Assembly (NCBI GenBank): GCA_028282785.1
Contig: JANQHE010000002.1
Span: 25,149-89,148, forward strand
DNA length: 64,000 nt
Origin: Bacteroidales bacterium
GTDB lineage: Bacteria; Bacteroidota; Bacteroidia; Bacteroidales; UBA12077
Direction of reading: 5' to 3'
Shown here: in pieces, positions 29,015 through 39,116 of the stretch
How positions within the stretch are numbered: position 1 is the first letter of the stretch
Layout: each line of letters starts with the position of its first letter
Position numbers and translations under genes: made by a program
The notes under the pieces: generated by a model
What the model saw: only the letters and a program-made list of their open reading frames with translations
What the model was told of the DNA's origin: nothing
Database searches by the model: none

Positions 29015-31186
29015 TTATTTTTCTTTTTCTAGTTCTTCTTTTACAATTTTATTCTCTTTTTCTGTTCTTTTATGCACAGAATAAATAAAGAATGGTAATA
29101 TCATAAAAAATCCCATAACGGGAGGATCAAATGGATTTCCCCCGCTAAAAAAAGTAAAAAAATAGATAATTATGAAGAAAATAAATAATATACCGTATTC
29201 CTTTCTATATTTAATATAATATTTTAAAACCTCATATAGCATATATATATAAAGTAATAAACCTAATATTCCTGAATATAATAAGATGTGTAAAAAAGGG
29301 TTATGAGGGTAATCAATAGCTTTTTTATCTTTCTCAAATATATAACCATACCAATTTAAAAAATCAAAGCCACTTCCAAAGATTTTTTCTAGCCTGTTGT
29401 ATTCGATCGTGTATATTTCTAATGCAAATTTCCATCTTAGAATACGATCTTCTCCAAAATTTTTGCTTAAGTTAATATCTAAATTTTGTTGGTAAGGATA
29501 ATAAGTTGTGTCTTCAGAAATGATTTTTGCTACAAAGTCTCTTATTGGATCAGGATCATTTTTTATTAATTTAATAAAAAAAACAGTGCTAGAAAAGCTT
29601 GATAGATATATCATTTGTTTATCCGATAAGAAATTACTTTTTTTATTGAATTGTCCTATTTTGTTTTGAACATTCACTGAAGAATTCAAACTATCACTAA
29701 AATATACTTTTTTAATTTCAGGATAAGCAAAAATGATATATCCTTTTAAATTTGAAAAACTATTTGCGTTATTTTTTCTAAAACTTAAGTATATTGGAAC
29801 ATAGCCCTTATTAATACATTGGAATTCAAATTCTAATTTTTGCCAACCTCCTTTTTTATTTATATCATATACAGCTGATACCTGAGAACTAATTACGTTA
29901 TCATTTACGGCATTACTTCCAGTTACTACTCTTGCTATGCTTCCATTAAAATCTTCAGATAAATAACAATATACACTAACTTTATAACTATCATGTTTTT
30001 CAACAAAAAGATTTTCTATTAGAGTTAAAGATGAAATATGGTTTGTATTTTTAAAGTAAATCCCGTTACAAGTAGAATCCATCAGGTAACCTTTAGATCC
30101 ATTAGGTACAATTTCAACATTATTACCTTTTAAAGTAGAAACCACTTGATGTGTTTTCAAATTTTCCCAGGTTGAAGGGTCCTTTGGATTTATGTTATGT
30201 GTCCACAAATATTTTTGAAATTCAATTGGTGATTTATGAGTAAAAAAACCAATATTTCGATACACATTTTTTGAAATATTATTTTTTACCTTTACTATAT
30301 CATTTGAACCAATGATAGATAATGTTTTTTCTCTAAATGATGGTGTAGCTTTAAAAAAAAATAAATATATAATCAAAATTAATATAAATAATAAGGTAAA
30401 AAATAGATTAAAATTCTTTAAAATATATTTTTTGTTAATTTTTTCGGAAATTATATTTAGTATTTTTAAAATAAATAATACTAAGACAATAACTAAAAAA
30501 ACTAATACTCCCCTTTTTGAACCTGATAAAATTAAGCTTAAAGAAAAAAATAACAGCAACATGTTATATCCTACTTTCTTTATTAATGATAATGGTTGAT
30601 TCAAATAATTAATAGCAACTATAAAAGCCATTAATATGGGTAGAATAGAGAAATTTCTATCAATTAAGGGAAGACCAATGTCAAAAGTATTGTTCCCAGG
30701 AATTTGTATAATATCAAAAATTTCAATAAGTCTGAATGCCGTTATTAAGATTCCAAATAAAAATATGTTCTGGATAAGGTTAATATAAAATTGTTTTAGT
30801 AAAAGTTCCGTTTTAATAATATTCGAATATAATACCAGAAATGATATTAGAACTAATGTGTTTATTGCATTTTTAAAAACAATTAAATATAATTTTTGTG
30901 TAAAAAAGATGGATGTGATAAAAACGGTAAAAATTACTAATAGTAACCAATAATTAAGTATAAATAATTTTGCTTCGAAATTATTTTCCTTAATTTTTAT
31001 ATATATAAAGTAGCTAATAAGGCATAAATATAAAACTAAAAAAGGATATTTGAAAAGTGGTACTGATACACGAAATATAAAAAATAATAGTGTTAGATTA
31101 AGAAAGTTAATTTCAATTTTGTTTTTTATTTGGAAATCTGATTGAAATATATTCATATTTTTGATCTTTCTGCAAAGGATGTTCAA
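29015..31186 (-). CDS. Large O-antigen ligase-like protein with an inserted soluble domain
   Basis: N-terminal TMs with SGSKRG, ~300-aa hydrophilic loop, then RILRWKFA, GSGF, YPHNPFLHILLYSGILG. Confidence 0.75.
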   Translation of the reverse strand: MNILCRKIKNMNIFQSDFQIKNKIEINFLNLTLLFFIFRVSVPLFKYPFLVLYLCLISYFIYIKIKENNFEAKLFILNYWLLLVIFTVFITSIFFTQKLYLIVFKNAINTLVLISFLVLYSNIIKTELLLKQFYINLIQNIFLFGILITAFRLIEIFDIIQIPGNNTFDIGLPLIDRNFSILPILMAFIVAINYLNQPLSLIKKVGYNMLLLFFSLSLILSGSKRGVLVFLVIVLVLFILKILNIISEKINKKYILKNFNLFFTLLFILILIIYLFFFKATPSFREKTLSIIGSNDIVKVKNNISKNVYRNIGFFTHKSPIEFQKYLWTHNINPKDPSTWENLKTHQVVSTLKGNNVEIVPNGSKGYLMDSTCNGIYFKNTNHISSLTLIENLFVEKHDSYKVSVYCYLSEDFNGSIARVVTGSNAVNDNVISSQVSAVYDINKKGGWQKLEFEFQCINKGYVPIYLSFRKNNANSFSNLKGYIIFAYPEIKKVYFSDSLNSSVNVQNKIGQFNKKSNFLSDKQMIYLSSFSSTVFFIKLIKNDPDPIRDFVAKIISEDTTYYPYQQNLDINLSKNFGEDRILRWKFALEIYTIEYNRLEKIFGSGFDFLNWYGYIFEKDKKAIDYPHNPFLHILLYSGILGLLLYIYMLYEVLKYYIKYRKEYGILFIFFIIIYFFTFFSGGNPFDPPVMGFFMILPFFIYSVHKRTEKENKIVKEELEKEK

Positions 31187-31199
31187 CTGTCAACCGCAA

Positions 31200-31814
31200 T
31201 TATCTAAAAATTTTTACTAAGGTAAGAACTATTAATCTCAAATACATTTTAATTGATTTTTGATTAATATATTTCATATTTAACATAATCTTAGAAGGAA
31301 TAACCTCTCGAATGTAAGTTTCTTCTGGATCAACTGATTTAGAAAGAATTTCATTCTCATTTGCATACTGAATTGATGCATAGTCGGTAATTCCGGGTTT
31401 TACCAATAAAACTTTCATTTGTTCTTCAGTATATAAATTAACATATTTTCTTACTTCAGGTCTAGGTCCTACAATACTCATATCACCTTTAAGAACATTT
31501 ATTAATTGTGGAAGCTCATCCAGTTTATATTTTCTAATAAAATATCCAGATCTAGTAATACGAGGATCCCTATTTCCTATTGTTATTAAACCTTTTTTAT
31601 CAGAATCAACGAACATTGATCTAAATTTTAACAACTGGAAATCTACACCATCTTTCCCAACTCTGACTTGTTTAAAAAACAGCTCGCCTGAAGAATCTAG
31701 TTTTATCCATAAAGATAAAGCTATAAAAATCGGAGATAATAAAATCAAGCCGATCAAGGAAAATACAATATCAAAAAATCTAATCATTAATAATTTTACT
31801 ATATGAACTAACAA
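31200..31814 (-). CDS. Monotopic bacterial sugar transferase (PglC/WcaJ C-terminal type)
   Basis: KFRSM, DPRIT, LDELPQLINVLKGDMSIVGPRPE; the real start is probably the ATG near 31787. Confidence 0.92.
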   Translation of the reverse strand: MLVHIVKLLMIRFFDIVFSLIGLILLSPIFIALSLWIKLDSSGELFFKQVRVGKDGVDFQLLKFRSMFVDSDKKGLITIGNRDPRITRSGYFIRKYKLDELPQLINVLKGDMSIVGPRPEVRKYVNLYTEEQMKVLLVKPGITDYASIQYANENEILSKSVDPEETYIREVIPSKIMLNMKYINQKSIKMYLRLIVLTLVKIFR

Positions 31815-33003
31815 CTGCTTTAATAATATATTTTATTTGATCATTAGTTAATTGGGGATAAATTGGCAGAGAAATTTCTCTTGAATAGTTATCATAAGCT
31901 ATAGGAAAATCATCTATTTTATAATCCATCTTCTTAAAAATAGAAAGCATTGGTAAAGGTATAAAATGAACATTGACAGCAACCGAATGTTTTGTGATTT
32001 CATTGATAATTAAGTCCCTTGCATTTTCATTTATAGCTTTAATTCTAAGCGGAAATATATGGTATGATGTAATCGAATTTTCTAATTCCAGATTTGGCAG
32101 TTGTGCCCATTCATATTTCTGAAAACTCTCAAAATATAATTCTGCTATTCTTTTTCGATCCGAAAGAAGTTGATTTTTATATTTCCTCATTTGGGCTAAT
32201 CCAATAGCAGCACATACATCAGGCATATTCATTTTAAATCCAGGAAGAACAATATCATAACGCCATCCGCCTGCTTTCGTTTTTGTAAATGCATCCTTGG
32301 TTTGTCCATTTAAGCTCATTAAACGCATCAAATTATAAAGTTCCGTATTATCAAACTCTCCTGGTAAATTCATACAAATAGCACCACCCTCAGCTGAAGT
32401 AACATTCTTAACTGCGTGAAGTGAAAAAACAGTAATGTCCGCAGTTTGTCCAACGGGTTTCCCTTTATACTTTGCTCCTAATGAATGAGCTGCATCGGAA
32501 ATTATTAGAATACGACCAAGTCTTTTTTGTTCTTCTGAATCAGGCTTAAACAAGCAATTAACATCTTTTTTTTCTACAATGCTATTGATGGCATTATAAT
32601 CTGCAGGCCATCCAGCAATATCAACAGGAATAATTGCTTTTGTATTTTTTGTAATTGCTTTTCTTATAACGCCTGGATCGATGTTAAAATCATCCCTAAC
32701 ATCAACAATTACAGGCTTAGCACCAACATGATAAACTGCAAGTGCTGTAGCACAATATGTATATGCTGGAATAATTACTTCGTCCCCTGCACCTACCCCA
32801 AACCATTTAAGTGTAAGCATCAATCCTGAAGTAGCAGAATTTAAACAAAGTACATTTTCAATTCCCGTTAATTTTGATATTTCATCTTCTAGTTGTTTTA
32901 CCTTTGGTCCAGTAGTAATCCAACCTGATGTCAATGCATCCTTAACTTCATCAATTACATCACTATCTATGTAAGGTGGTGAAAATGGAATATTTTCTTT
33001 CAT
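31780..33003 (-). CDS. DegT/DnrJ/EryC1/StrS aminotransferase (4-amino sugar type)
   Basis: SGWITTGPK, SDAAHSLGA, FSLHAVKNVTSAEGG, VHFIPLP. Confidence 0.92.
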   Translation of the reverse strand: MKENIPFSPPYIDSDVIDEVKDALTSGWITTGPKVKQLEDEISKLTGIENVLCLNSATSGLMLTLKWFGVGAGDEVIIPAYTYCATALAVYHVGAKPVIVDVRDDFNIDPGVIRKAITKNTKAIIPVDIAGWPADYNAINSIVEKKDVNCLFKPDSEEQKRLGRILIISDAAHSLGAKYKGKPVGQTADITVFSLHAVKNVTSAEGGAICMNLPGEFDNTELYNLMRLMSLNGQTKDAFTKTKAGGWRYDIVLPGFKMNMPDVCAAIGLAQMRKYKNQLLSDRKRIAELYFESFQKYEWAQLPNLELENSITSYHIFPLRIKAINENARDLIINEITKHSVAVNVHFIPLPMLSIFKKMDYKIDDFPIAYDNYSREISLPIYPQLTNDQIKYIIKAVVSSYSKIIND

Positions 33004-33017
33004 TTCTAAATACTAAT

Positions 33018-33650
33018 TTATAAAGATTCATTAATATTATAATTCTTAAAATAAAATGAACTTCCATGCCCAGGATAAATCTTTGTGTCTAAATAATTTG
33101 ATTTTAAATAATTTAAACTTCTAATTAATTTCTCTTTATTACTTTCTGGTAATTTTAGTACTGTTTTTTCTCCTTTTATCATGGAATCACCAGAAAACAA
33201 ATTGTTCTCTATCTTAATACAAATACTTCCTTCTGAATGCCCTTTCGTTTTTATAAACTCTATGTTTATACCTTGCCAAATCATATAAAATAATCTTTCA
33301 TGAAAAAATATATCGGCTACATTAAGATAAAATCCTTTTTGGTTATAAAATAGAGATAGATTCCTTTTTTTATCAATAATTCTTTCAGCACATTCCTGTG
33401 AGCACACAACCTTAATGGAATATTTCTGTTTAAGGGTATTTACTCCCCAGATATGGTCGAAATGTTCATGTGTTAAAAATATATATTCAGGCTTAAGATT
33501 TCTTTTATCTATAATACTAATTAAATCTTCACAATCCTCAGTACCTGGATCTATTATTATACAGTTACTATTATCTCCTAAATGAATCAAATAGCAATTA
33601 GAATCTATAGGTTTATTTATTATTAGATCAACCTTTATTTTATTTTTCAT
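33018..33650 (-). CDS. Metallo-beta-lactamase-fold hydrolase
   Basis: THEHFDH, GHS, FSGD, PGHG. Confidence 0.9.
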   Translation of the reverse strand: MKNKIKVDLIINKPIDSNCYLIHLGDNSNCIIIDPGTEDCEDLISIIDKRNLKPEYIFLTHEHFDHIWGVNTLKQKYSIKVVCSQECAERIIDKKRNLSLFYNQKGFYLNVADIFFHERLFYMIWQGINIEFIKTKGHSEGSICIKIENNLFSGDSMIKGEKTVLKLPESNKEKLIRSLNYLKSNYLDTKIYPGHGSSFYFKNYNINESL

Positions 33651-33656
33651 AAAATT

Positions 33657-34499
33657 TTATAGAGCTACCATATCCTTTACTTCAAAAGTCTTATCTCCGT
33701 CATAAACTGATTTAGGATCCATAAAAAAGTTTATATCTTTATCTAGAAATAGTTTATATGTACTGAAAGCTGGTTTTTCATCAACGGAAGTTATAAAACT
33801 ATCACCGCAATTATCTTTTTTTGCAATACTATTTTCAATCATATAGTCTTCATAGTCATATCCTCCTGTTCCAGGATATACGTTTTTATATCTAACATAT
33901 AATGTGTATGTATCATTATATTCCTTTCCATTGTCTATTATCTTACCACTAAATTCTCTATCATACCTACAAGGTAATTCTAAAAACTTCTCAATAAAAT
34001 GCATATAAGTAAAGCAATCACCTAAACGAGTACCTAAAAATAAAAATTTGACTTTATCTCTATTATGCAATTTAAAAAATGTTGAATTATTTCCTATCGA
34101 CTCTTTGCCAATCTCTGTTGCTAAGTCTTTATCTTTTCCTATAAGTGCAATTGACATTAACGGATCAACAGAACGAATTGCTTCGGGTCTTTTTCTAAAA
34201 TATTCATTAATTGCCCCCATTTTTGATTTACTATTTTGAACGTCAAAATCAACTCCATTGCAAAAACTAAAAGTAAATGTTGGCATACATACTGTAGGAA
34301 CATTCAGTTCCATTATAACATTAAAGATTGCTTCTAGAATCTCCTTCTTTTTTAATTCCGGATTAGGCATACCGAAAGACATTCCAGTATGAATATACAG
34401 TATTTCACATTGATCTGCTTCAACTCTTTTTAAACTATTGAATAGATCAATATTAGTAATCCATCCTTTACTACTTTTAAATAAATTAATTCTTTCCAT
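33657..34499 (-). CDS. AAC(3) / Antibiotic_NAT family acyltransferase
   Basis: LYIHT, MPTFTFSF, MGAINEYFRK, AIRS.DP..S, FTYMHFIE. Confidence 0.82.
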   Translation of the reverse strand: MERINLFKSSKGWITNIDLFNSLKRVEADQCEILYIHTGMSFGMPNPELKKKEILEAIFNVIMELNVPTVCMPTFTFSFCNGVDFDVQNSKSKMGAINEYFRKRPEAIRSVDPLMSIALIGKDKDLATEIGKESIGNNSTFFKLHNRDKVKFLFLGTRLGDCFTYMHFIEKFLELPCRYDREFSGKIIDNGKEYNDTYTLYVRYKNVYPGTGGYDYEDYMIENSIAKKDNCGDSFITSVDEKPAFSTYKLFLDKDINFFMDPKSVYDGDKTFEVKDMVAL

Positions 34500-34500
34500 T

Positions 34501-35253
34501 TTATTTTTGAGATAAATTTATTGATCGTCCTCCATCTACAATAAATTGTTGACCAGTAACCCATCGAGCATTATCTGATAATAAAAATTCAACAGCTTTT
34601 GCTATATCTATTGGATCTCCAATTCCAAGCGGATATTCTTTTTGAGCTTTCGCTAGAATCTCTGGATCACTAAATGCCAATTCAGACATTGGTGTTTTAA
34701 CGCCTCCAGGTAAAACAGAATTAACTCTTGTTTTAGGTGCTAACTCTAATGCAAGTGATCTCATTAAACCATCAATACCTGCTTTAGTAGAAGAATACAA
34801 ATTGTGAGCAGTCGCACCAAAATTACCTAATATTGCAGAAATAAAAACAATATTTTCAAGATTTGAATCATTAATTTTTTTCTTAAGTAATGTCGAAATT
34901 ATTTCTATTGCTGAAAACAAATTTACACTAAAGATCTGTTGAACATCTTTAATACCTACAGTTTTCATTTTCATAATTTTCATCATTCCAGCAGAATGAA
35001 CAAAACCATTAATTGATATTTCATTTTTACTTAAAAAACTTTCAATTTTAGGTTTAATAGATTCTAATTCCTGTAAATTTATAATTAAAGTAATATGGTT
35101 TTCTTTATTACTGCATAACTCTAAAGTCTCTTTTAGTTTACTTTCATCTCTATCACTTAAAATTAAACAATATTCTTTAGAGAGAATTTCGGAAATTTTT
35201 CGACCTATACCTGAAGCAGCTCCAGTTATTAATATTGTTTTTTTCGACTCCAT
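34501..35253 (-). CDS. SDR oxidoreductase (FabG-like ketoreductase)
   Basis: TGAASGIG, YSSTK, RVNSVLPG, TGQQFIVDGG. Confidence 0.9.
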   Translation of the reverse strand: MESKKTILITGAASGIGRKISEILSKEYCLILSDRDESKLKETLELCSNKENHITLIINLQELESIKPKIESFLSKNEISINGFVHSAGMMKIMKMKTVGIKDVQQIFSVNLFSAIEIISTLLKKKINDSNLENIVFISAILGNFGATAHNLYSSTKAGIDGLMRSLALELAPKTRVNSVLPGGVKTPMSELAFSDPEILAKAQKEYPLGIGDPIDIAKAVEFLLSDNARWVTGQQFIVDGGRSINLSQK

Positions 35254-35472
35254 TTAATTTTTATTTGAATCAATATACTTTAACAAGTCTCCAACAGTAG
35301 TGAAAGAAGATATTTGTTCTGCGCTGATGTTCAAATTAAAGTCCGAATCTATTGCGGCAATAATTGATAATAAGGTTAAAGAATCCCATTCATCAAATTC
35401 AGTTAAAATATCCTCTCTTTTGACACTATCAACTTCTAATATCTCTGCCAATTTTTCTAAAAATTGTTCCAT
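35254..35472 (-). CDS. Acyl carrier protein
   Basis: 72 aa, acidic, WDSL phosphopantetheine site, TVGDL. Confidence 0.88.
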   Translation of the reverse strand: MEQFLEKLAEILEVDSVKREDILTEFDEWDSLTLLSIIAAIDSDFNLNISAEQISSFTTVGDLLKYIDSNKN

Positions 35473-35491
35473 TTTTTAAATATTTTTTAAA

Positions 35492-36556
35492 TTAGAATTC
35501 TATTATTTTATTAAATTTAACTCTTCCCAATTTCATAACTATTGCACCCCAAGTTAATCCAACACCAAAACCTGATAAACATACATTATATATATTTTTT
35601 TCTAAATTATTTCCCAGATTATATGAGATGTTAGTAGGAATAGTTACACCACTTGAATTTCCAAAGTTTTCAACAATATTTGAAGGTAATTTTCCTCTAT
35701 CTACACCTATCTTATCTGCCAACTTTTGCAGCATAAAACGATTGGGCTGATGGAACAAATAATAATCTATTTCATCCTTATCTGTATTACTTCTTTCTAG
35801 AATTTTTTTAATCATAGGAGGAACTTCTGTCTGAACAAAATTAAATACTTTATCTCCTTGCATAACTAGGTTGTTCAAACTTCTATAATTCCCATTATCA
35901 TCCTCAACCATTTCAGCTGTTTCTTCATTTGATGGCATTTTAAAACCACCTGCAGGTATTTGAAGCACATCAGCACCATTTCCATCCATTTTTATCGAAC
36001 AGAATATATCTGAAAAGTTCTCATCATTTTCAATAATAGTAATTGAAGCTGCATCACCTATTAAAGGGTAACTATTTCTATCTCTTTTAGATACTTTTGA
36101 GCTTAAAACATCAGCAACTACTAAAACTACTTTTTTAACAGCGTCTTGATCTAATAACATAAATGCTTGCTGTAAACCTATTATATAACCTGCGCACCCT
36201 TGATTAATATCTATGCATAAAGTATCCTGTTTTAAATCCAAGTGACCGTGCAGAATATTACTTGTTGGTGGAAGAAATTGGTCAGGTGATTGGGAAACAA
36301 AAATCAATGCATCTATTTCTTCTTTTTCTAATAAATTATTATTAATCAAATATTCAAGACCAAACTTAGCCAAATCAGAAGAACAAACACCATCTTCAGC
36401 TATTCGCTGCTTATTATATCCCATTGCTAATTTTAGTTTCATTGATTTAGCATGGGAAAAACTATAATTACTAATATTGTCTTCAAACAAGACTTCTCTT
36501 TTAGGCAGTATTGTTAGAATACCTGAAATTTTTTTATTTTTAAATTGAAAATCCAT
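35492..36556 (-). CDS. Ketoacyl-ACP synthase III (FabH-like)
   Basis: Catalytic triad motifs QGCAG, FHQPN, FGNSS; GFGVGLTWG. Confidence 0.92.
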   Translation of the reverse strand: MDFQFKNKKISGILTILPKREVLFEDNISNYSFSHAKSMKLKLAMGYNKQRIAEDGVCSSDLAKFGLEYLINNNLLEKEEIDALIFVSQSPDQFLPPTSNILHGHLDLKQDTLCIDINQGCAGYIIGLQQAFMLLDQDAVKKVVLVVADVLSSKVSKRDRNSYPLIGDAASITIIENDENFSDIFCSIKMDGNGADVLQIPAGGFKMPSNEETAEMVEDDNGNYRSLNNLVMQGDKVFNFVQTEVPPMIKKILERSNTDKDEIDYYLFHQPNRFMLQKLADKIGVDRGKLPSNIVENFGNSSGVTIPTNISYNLGNNLEKNIYNVCLSGFGVGLTWGAIVMKLGRVKFNKIIEF

Positions 36557-36786
36557 TACTCTACATCATTTTTCTTTAATAAATTAACTATACTATCAAC
36601 TGAATAAAAATTCTCAGGTATAATGTCCATACCATCAATTGAAATACCAAATTCTTCATCTAATTTTGTTACCAAATTTACTATATCAAAAGAATCTAAC
36701 ATTCCTTCTTCAATAAAATTAATGTTTTGTTTAAAATCAAAATCTGGTTGAATTTCTGTTAATATCTCTAATACTTTATCTTTCAT
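36556..36786 (-). CDS. Acyl/aminoacyl carrier protein (DltC-like)
   Basis: GMLDSFDIV, IIPENF. Confidence 0.88.
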   Translation of the reverse strand: MKDKVLEILTEIQPDFDFKQNINFIEEGMLDSFDIVNLVTKLDEEFGISIDGMDIIPENFYSVDSIVNLLKKNDVE

Positions 36787-37595
36787 TTTTCTTTCTTAAT
36801 TAAAATATTATCATGCATAGGTTCTTCCATAAAACCATAATGTTTATACCTTTTAATGGCATTGTAATTTGTATCGATCACCCAAAATATTTGTTTTTTT
36901 GTTCCTTCACATATTTTAAAGAATTTGCGCAATAGTAATGATCCTATTTTTCTGTCTCTATATTCTGGACTTACAAACCAATATCTTAAGTATGATTTCA
37001 ATCCTATCAAATCAAAAATTACAAATCCCAATATATTAGTTTTTTCTCTATATATAATAACTCTATTATTCCTAATCCAATTAGATAACTCCGGCATTAG
37101 TGGTAATTGCTCTGATAATGGATCAAAATAATTATATAGCAATTCGTATATTGGGTTAGTATCATCTTCAGTTGCTATACAAAGATTAATATCACTAACT
37201 TCATCTATAGTATATTCGCCTCTGGACATTCGTGTGAACGATGTATAAAACTTAAAACCATTGTCCAAAAATATATTCCTTATTGGTTCAATCATTTTAT
37301 CCGTGCCAACAATATCTAGAACAATTTTATCAGAATAATTATTTGATAAAAATTTAGTGGCCTTTTTCAGATTTTTCAAAGAACTTGCACAAAAATACAG
37401 ATTAATAAAATCAGTAGTTTTTTTAAAATAAAAAATTACTCCATTTAAATTATCCAATTTGTATAATATATCTTCAGAAATGTATAGCTCAATTTGCTCT
37501 TGACTAAAAAAGAAATTTGTAAAATATCCTTCTCTAAAATCTTTAATAGATTTTATGCCTTCTAGTATTTCATCATATTTACTAACCTTTTTCAT
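36783..37595 (-). CDS. GNAT-family acyltransferase
   Basis: FVSPEYRDRKIGSLLL, NYNAIKRYKHYGF. Confidence 0.85.
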   Translation of the reverse strand: MKKVSKYDEILEGIKSIKDFREGYFTNFFFSQEQIELYISEDILYKLDNLNGVIFYFKKTTDFINLYFCASSLKNLKKATKFLSNNYSDKIVLDIVGTDKMIEPIRNIFLDNGFKFYTSFTRMSRGEYTIDEVSDINLCIATEDDTNPIYELLYNYFDPLSEQLPLMPELSNWIRNNRVIIYREKTNILGFVIFDLIGLKSYLRYWFVSPEYRDRKIGSLLLRKFFKICEGTKKQIFWVIDTNYNAIKRYKHYGFMEEPMHDNILIKKEK

Positions 37596-39109
37596 TTAGT
37601 CAATACTTCATTATTTAGCTTTAATCTATCAATTTTTCCATTAGAATTAATAGGCATTTTATCTAACTTTATAAAATTCGATGGAATCATATATTTTGGT
37701 ATGAAATCTAGCATAGATATTCTAATATCTTTAATTTCAGGATCTACACTGCTTTCATAGAATAGAATAATTCTCTTTTTAATATTATCATACACACAAC
37801 AAACATTCTTGAATGCCTTAGTAGCAAGCGCCGCATTTTCGATTTCCCCCAATTCAATACGATAACCATTATGTTTTATCTGAAAATCCTTTCTTCCGAC
37901 AAAGATAATTTCTTTTCTTTCATTTAGATACACCAAATCTCCTGTTCTATAAATCATCTCAGGATAATGCGGATTTAGAGGATTTTGAACAAATACCTTT
38001 TGGGTTTTTTCCCAATCACCATAATAACCCAAGGCTAAAGAACTACCTCTTACACACAGTTCGCCTTGCTCTCCTTCTTTTGCTCTTTTATTTTCTGAAT
38101 TTAAAATAATCACATCACTATTTCTACATGGAATTCCGATTGGTAATGGTTCATTATCATCAAATTCTCTATCAACATTATAATAGGTACAGTCTACAGT
38201 AATTTCTGTTGGTCCATACAGATTTGAATATAAACAATCCGGCAAATATTTTCTCCAATAATTTAGGTGCTTATTTGGCATAACTTCCCCTGCAAATAAT
38301 ACCTTTTTCATAAACTTAAGATTCTTTTTTTCGAAAATATTAAAATTAGCAATGTTCATCAAAGCAAATGGGACCCAAAATACAAAATTTACTTTTTGCT
38401 CATTTAAATAATCAACCAATTTAGCTGGAAAAATATAATACGATTCTGGCACAATAACTAAAGTAGCACCGGTTGCATACATTAAATAAATATCTAAAAC
38501 TGAATTATCAAAATAGAACGGAGCCTGATTGCCAATAATTTCATTCGACGTAACATCATACGTTTCAATAGCCCAATCAATATAATCAATTACAGATCTA
38601 TGCGAAATTACAACACCTTTAGGGGTTCCTGTTGATCCTGACGTGAAAATTGAATATACAGGATCAGTATCAATCTTTTCATCTAAAACTTTTTTTATCA
38701 ACTCATTATCTGCAACAATTTCATCTATAATATCATCTATTACAAATACCTTTTTATTCTTAATTCCTGCTAAAAGGTCAATATGCTTTTTATCTGTTAG
38801 AATATAATCCGACTTTAATACATCAAGTATGTTATTTACTCTGCTTATTGGGGACTTTATATCTAATGGAACGTAAAAGTTTCCACTAAGATTAATCCCT
38901 AAAAATGAAACAATAGCATTAATACCTTTTGGCATAAAAACTGCAACTGGTATATTTTCAACTCCGATTGTAATTAAACGAGTTGCAATTTTTCTCGCAA
39001 ATTGATCTAAATCATAAAAAGAGATAGTTCTATGGTCTTCAACAATAGCCGTTTTTTCTGGATAACTTGATATTGTTTTATCTAAATATTCTAGAATACT
39101 AATTTGCAT
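37592..39109 (-). CDS. Stand-alone amino-acid adenylation domain (DltA-like)
   Basis: FTSGSTGTPKG, FDNS, NLYGPTE, GELCVRG, YRTGDL, GYRIELGEIE, NGKIDR. Confidence 0.93.
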   Translation of the reverse strand: MQISILEYLDKTISSYPEKTAIVEDHRTISFYDLDQFARKIATRLITIGVENIPVAVFMPKGINAIVSFLGINLSGNFYVPLDIKSPISRVNNILDVLKSDYILTDKKHIDLLAGIKNKKVFVIDDIIDEIVADNELIKKVLDEKIDTDPVYSIFTSGSTGTPKGVVISHRSVIDYIDWAIETYDVTSNEIIGNQAPFYFDNSVLDIYLMYATGATLVIVPESYYIFPAKLVDYLNEQKVNFVFWVPFALMNIANFNIFEKKNLKFMKKVLFAGEVMPNKHLNYWRKYLPDCLYSNLYGPTEITVDCTYYNVDREFDDNEPLPIGIPCRNSDVIILNSENKRAKEGEQGELCVRGSSLALGYYGDWEKTQKVFVQNPLNPHYPEMIYRTGDLVYLNERKEIIFVGRKDFQIKHNGYRIELGEIENAALATKAFKNVCCVYDNIKKRIILFYESSVDPEIKDIRISMLDFIPKYMIPSNFIKLDKMPINSNGKIDRLKLNNEVLTK

Positions 39110-39116
39110 AAATCAT

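Noticed and set aside
27435-30361. A9/T9 homopolymers in the epimerase and large ligase genes as phase-variation tracts
   Set aside because: Expected by chance in such AT-rich DNA, and both ORFs are in frame
33018-34499. Beta-lactam and aminoglycoside resistance genes
   Set aside because: The MBL lacks a signal peptide and looks glyoxalase-II-like; both genes sit in a biosynthetic operon
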